A program made the translations under genes and the position numbers. Of a stretch of DNA of 36,385 nucleotides, positions 33,240 through 36,385 are shown piece by piece. Position 1 is the stretch's first letter. Each line of letters begins with the position of its first letter. The stretch comes from an uncultured Candidatus Saccharibacteria bacterium (GTDB lineage: Bacteria; Patescibacteriota; Minisyncoccia; Phycocordibacterales; UBA918), in NCBI GenBank assembly GCA_964402035.1, contig CAYOAM010000002.1, positions 244,964-281,348 of the forward strand, read 5' to 3'. The notes beneath the pieces are model-generated. The model was not told the origin of the DNA. It did no database searches and worked only from the letters and a program-made list of their open reading frames with translations.

Positions 33240-33280
33240 CGTACCCCCTAAAAGCCTACAAAAAGAACACCACCTCGCGC

Positions 33281-33309
33281 ATCATGAACGATCAAAAAAC
33301 ATTTGTCAA
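33281..33309 (-). promoter_or_regulatory. Candidate sigma70-type promoter of the A/B cassette
   Basis: On the minus strand: TTGACA (33309-33304), a 17-nt spacer and CATGAT (33286-33281), about 40 nt upstream of the ATG. Confidence 0.45.
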
Positions 33310-33336
33310 AATGTGGATAAAAAATCTACAACTTCA

Positions 33337-34143
33337 CTATAGCGAAAATGTCGTATATTCTTTAACCACAAAACCACCTATACCTAAAATAACTTTCTCA
33401 ATTTTTTCTTTGTCCGTGGTCGGACAAACAACAAGCTCAAGTGCTGCGTACATTTCTTTCTCTTTATCTCCATAGTACTTGGAAAATCCTTCATAGCAGG
33501 GATAGAGATCGCGAGTGTACTGATGCGACCGCTCCATGACCAATTCAAAACCGCTACGCACAATGCGTTTCATAATCCATGAACACATATGTTTAACCCG
33601 CGCTTCTGATACATTTTCTTCTTTCAAAGATTCTAAGGTCTCTTCAATCTCCTCCTCGAGACGTGGTAGATGCTGGATTGTATTCGAACCCGGCTTCATC
33701 TTTTGTGTAAGATCTGCCAAATTTTCACCGTAGAGACAAATGCTCTGTGTCTTGATTAAGACCCCCTGAGCTTTTCTTTTTTCAAACCCCAAAAGAGGGC
33801 TGATTTGCATCTCGACACCTTTTATAAATGGATACTTGGCCATAAGCTGCATTTGAAAACTCTTGACCCAACTCCGATCGATCTTACCGTTTGGTCGGGC
33901 AACAATAGCAATCGTATCAAGGTCTGAAATCCCTTCTATAGCAGCGCCACATGCAACAGAACCACGGACATACACACTATGGAGACCGTCTCCATAGTGG
34001 GTTTTGTATACTGCCACAATCTCCTCAACCGCATCTTTCCACAGAGGCTGCACCAAATCTTTCGAAGTGGTATTCACAATATATCCCTCGGCATCGATTG
34101 TGAGATACCCACCAATCTTTTTTATTTCACAGTCAGTTTTCAT
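33337..34143 (-). CDS. Pol-beta-superfamily nucleotidyltransferase, aminoglycoside adenylyltransferase (ANT/AadA)-like
   Basis: …SVYVRGSVACGAAIEGISDLDTIAIV is a G-S…D-x-D motif spaced as in AadA (LYGSAV…SDIDLLV). A helical C-terminal half follows. The start is taken at MKTDCEI (34143). Confidence 0.7.
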   Translation of the reverse strand: MKTDCEIKKIGGYLTIDAEGYIVNTTSKDLVQPLWKDAVEEIVAVYKTHYGDGLHSVYVRGSVACGAAIEGISDLDTIAIVARPNGKIDRSWVKSFQMQLMAKYPFIKGVEMQISPLLGFEKRKAQGVLIKTQSICLYGENLADLTQKMKPGSNTIQHLPRLEEEIEETLESLKEENVSEARVKHMCSWIMKRIVRSGFELVMERSHQYTRDLYPCYEGFSKYYGDKEKEMYAALELVVCPTTDKEKIEKVILGIGGFVVKEYTTFSL

Positions 34144-34229
34144 GGGGTAAGTATAACAACGTCCTGTAATGGAGTAGAAATGAATACCGATGAACAAAAA
34201 ATCCCACGGCACGGTGCAGTGGGAGAGGC

Positions 34230-34613
34230 TCAATCGGCTGCGACTTGCTCTATTTCGCGCATACGAACCACATGGACGTCGCGCAATTCTTGTTTGACGC
34301 CACCACCAGGAAACGCCACTACAATAACTGGATCCACCCTCGTGATGCGCCATAATTCGTTCATGACTCCAATCACCCTACCCACCACCATGTCTTCCGT
34401 GTAAGGGATTCGCGCAAGAAAAGAGTGATTACTTGTCACAATTGCGAACATAATTACTTTTGTAACTTTAGTCGCTTCCATTGCTACCCCCAAAAAAAGC
34501 ATGCGAAGAAGACGAACGTCGTTTTGAAAAGCTCCAAAAAGATCATGGTCCCTGCGCATGATGCACCCGTGAAAATCTTTTGTCAAAATGTGAATACTAA
34601 TGTCTGAAATCAT
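34230..34613 (-). CDS. Hypothetical protein; possible truncated LOG/TIGR00730-like Rossmann remnant
   Basis: Starting at MISDIS (34613), the product is 127 aa. …EDMVVGRVIGVMNELWRITRVDPVIVVAFPGGGVKQELRDV loosely resembles the LOG …M..R…M…D.fIalPGGxGTxEE region. The N-terminal GGGxxG motif and the C-terminal third are missing. Confidence 0.35.
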   Translation of the reverse strand: MISDISIHILTKDFHGCIMRRDHDLFGAFQNDVRLLRMLFLGVAMEATKVTKVIMFAIVTSNHSFLARIPYTEDMVVGRVIGVMNELWRITRVDPVIVVAFPGGGVKQELRDVHVVRMREIEQVAAD

Positions 34614-34703
34614 CTCCAGTAAATATTGCTGGTATTTATCTAACTTTTGCTGTATAACGCTTTCGGACTTAGTTACCACGAAACTATCAAAGGAGAAGGT
34701 ATC

Positions 34704-35258
34704 GTGAACTCGACAGAAAAGCCACACTATTCGTTCGGTCACCCGCTCACTCCCGATTTTGCGGGACACAGAGCGGCTGGCAAGGTAGGAATCATTATGG
34801 GGAGCCAGTCCGACTGGACATTCATGCAACCATGCGCCGACGAACTGGAAAAACTTAAGATTCCGTTTGAGTTTGGCGTGGTATCAGCTCACCGTACGCC
34901 AGAGCGTATGGTGCTGTATGCGCACACTGCATATGATCGTGGACTTCTTGTCATCATCGCGTGCGCTGGCGGTTCTGCTCATCTTCCGGGAATGGTAGCA
35001 TCAGAGACACTGCTGCCAGTATTGGGAGTCTCACCGAAGAAGGACGACATCCACGCAGTCGGCTCAATGATCGCTATGCCTGCGGGCAAACCGCTCGCCT
35101 ACATGGGTGGCGGCAGTGGCCCAGGCAAGAATGCGGGGGCTACGAATGCCGCCTTGATGGCAGCAAACATTCTCGCTCTCAGCGACCTCAATCTGCGCCA
35201 TCGCCTGATGGGGTACCACACCAACCTGCGGGACTCTGTCCCGTTCAACTGCTTCTGA
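34704..35258 (+). CDS. purE: N5-carboxyaminoimidazole ribonucleotide mutase / AIR carboxylase catalytic subunit
   Basis: …VGIIMGSQSDWTFMQPCADELEKLKIPFEFGVVSAHRTPERM…, …VIIACAGGSAHLPGMVASETLLPVLGV. I prefer the GTG start at 34704, with AGGAGAAGG upstream; the ATG at 34647 is also possible. Confidence 0.88.
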   Translation: MNSTEKPHYSFGHPLTPDFAGHRAAGKVGIIMGSQSDWTFMQPCADELEKLKIPFEFGVVSAHRTPERMVLYAHTAYDRGLLVIIACAGGSAHLPGMVASETLLPVLGVSPKKDDIHAVGSMIAMPAGKPLAYMGGGSGPGKNAGATNAALMAANILALSDLNLRHRLMGYHTNLRDSVPFNCF

Positions 35259-35270
35259 AGGAGGAGCGTC

Positions 35271-36104
35271 ATGACTCACGAACAGATCGAAGGCAAAACC
35301 AAGATCATTCGGCGACTGCCTGGCATTCGGGCGATTGGTATCGTCGAATCCAAGGACGACATCACCGCTGGCGACGGTGCCAAGCGCAACATCATACCCG
35401 GCAAAGCAGCGCTCGCGACACGGACGACCTGCAATGTGTTTGAGCTGTTGCGACGCCACCAAATCCCCTGCGCCTACACCGGTAGGGGTCATACCGAGAC
35501 CACCTTCCTCACACGGATCTGCGAAATGGTTCCTGTCGAAGTGGTGGTACGCAGAGTTGCCGTGGGTTCATTTCTCAAACGCAATCCACGCGTGCCAGCT
35601 GGCACGACGTTTTCGGAACTGAGAACCGAATTCTATTACAAAACTTCCGGGAAAGAGACACACGGCGTTAAATTGCCGTGTGACGATCCATTCATGGAGT
35701 ACGACAAAGATGAGGGGTGGTATCTCCACGATCCGAGAAAACCTCTCAATCGGAAGGACGCCATTAAGCTTCCATGCAACGGACCGCGGTACGATGAGGT
35801 CCTCGCTCAAACGCTCGAAATTGCAGGACGTAAGGCACACAAAGCTTTTGAAATACTTGAAAAGGCGTGGGGAGACATTGGTGGCAAGCTCCAAGACTTC
35901 AAGTTGGAATTTGGTTCACATGAAGACCCCACACCTCCCGACACCCTACTCATCGCCGATGTCGTCGATTGTGACAGCTGGCGCGTGATGTGGGAAGGCA
36001 TCCAACTCTCGAAGCAAGGCTATCGAGAAGGCGACGACTTGGAGAAAGTGCTTGCGGTCTATCGGCTGGCAGCATCGCTCACCGATCGCTTCCGTAACTT
36101 CTGA
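35271..36104 (+). CDS. purC: Phosphoribosylaminoimidazole-succinocarboxamide (SAICAR) synthase
   Basis: …EGKTKIIR…, …SKDDITAGDGAKRNIIPGKA…TTCNVFELL…, …VPVEVVVRRVAVGS…, …IADVVDCDSWRV. A strong SD (AAGGAGGAG) lies 6 nt upstream of the ATG. Confidence 0.9.
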   Translation: MTHEQIEGKTKIIRRLPGIRAIGIVESKDDITAGDGAKRNIIPGKAALATRTTCNVFELLRRHQIPCAYTGRGHTETTFLTRICEMVPVEVVVRRVAVGSFLKRNPRVPAGTTFSELRTEFYYKTSGKETHGVKLPCDDPFMEYDKDEGWYLHDPRKPLNRKDAIKLPCNGPRYDEVLAQTLEIAGRKAHKAFEILEKAWGDIGGKLQDFKLEFGSHEDPTPPDTLLIADVVDCDSWRVMWEGIQLSKQGYREGDDLEKVLAVYRLAASLTDRFRNF

Positions 36105-36129
36105 AGTGACGTGAGTATGGGACGACCAA

Positions 36130-36150
36130 GGCCGACGCAATGCGTCGGCC
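36130..36150 (+). terminator. Rho-independent terminator after purC
   Basis: GGCCGACGC-AAT-GCGTCGGCC followed by ATTTTCTTTTTT. Confidence 0.75.
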
Positions 36151-36165
36151 ATTTTCTTTTTTGCG

Positions 36166-36385
36166 TTACACCCTCTCCGAGCAATTCACCATCCATCGCA
36201 CACCAAACTTGTCGGTGCAGGAGCCGAAGTAGTCGCCCCAAAACATGACCTGGAGCGGCATCTCTACCTTTCCTCCCACACTTAAAGCAGCAAAAAGTCG
36301 ATCGGACTCTGCGCGCGTATCGGGCTGCAAATTGATATACATATTATTTCCCTGCTTCACCATAAAGCCCATCGACTCCGGTGCG
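36166..36385 (-). CDS. VOC (glyoxalase/PhnB-like) family protein, partial; the N-terminus lies beyond the right window edge
   Basis: …YINLQPDTRAESDRLFAALSVGGKVEMPLQVMFWGDYFGSCTDKFGVRWMVNC is the typical C-terminal half of PhnB/YjdN-type VOC proteins. The frame stays open to the window edge. Confidence 0.75.
   Translation of the reverse strand, partial: APESMGFMVKQGNNMYINLQPDTRAESDRLFAALSVGGKVEMPLQVMFWGDYFGSCTDKFGVRWMVNCSERV

Overview
This is a gene-dense bacterial chromosome segment of about 36.4 kb, roughly mid-40s % GC by eye, with most genes on the minus strand. I found no rRNA, tRNA, CRISPR array, transposase or integrase.

The content is mainly housekeeping:
- **Translation and replication genes:** a partial ECF-type sigma factor, efp, rpsF-ssb-rpsR, metG, glyQS, ileS-recO and secE-nusG-rplK.
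- **Deoxynucleotide genes:** an unusually compact set, tmk-glyA-mazG-like, HIT, thyA-dcd-CYTH, folA and a Nudix-like gene, plus class Ia RNR nrdAB.
- **Envelope proteins:** a VanY/M15 peptidase, a SIMPL protein, a matrixin-like protease, mscL, a DUF2914-like membrane protein and a large Ig-repeat surface protein.
- **Right-hand accessory end:** a two-ORF cassette, an ANT-like nucleotidyltransferase, a LOG-like remnant, a higher-GC purE-purC pair and a partial VOC gene.

Most genes lack a Shine-Dalgarno sequence, and several have a -10 box placed for leaderless mRNA. Together with the gene content, this suggests a small-genome uncultivated lineage (CPR/Patescibacteria-like). That is inference only.

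The most interesting observations are:
1. The 1177-aa IleRS carries an in-frame insertion of about 195 aa. The insertion has every catalytic motif of a histidine phosphatase (PGAM superfamily).
2. A family of modular hairpin-cassette repeats (REP/BIME- or MITE-like) occurs at four or more loci. Each copy abuts a gene stop codon. One copy has perfect 19-bp terminal inverted repeats, and one takes the place where rplA normally follows rplK.
3. The dTTP-synthesis genes are interleaved with four different nucleotide-hydrolase superfamilies.
4. The purE-purC pair looks foreign: it has higher GC and strong SD sites.

All family calls come from reading motifs by eye. No database search was run.
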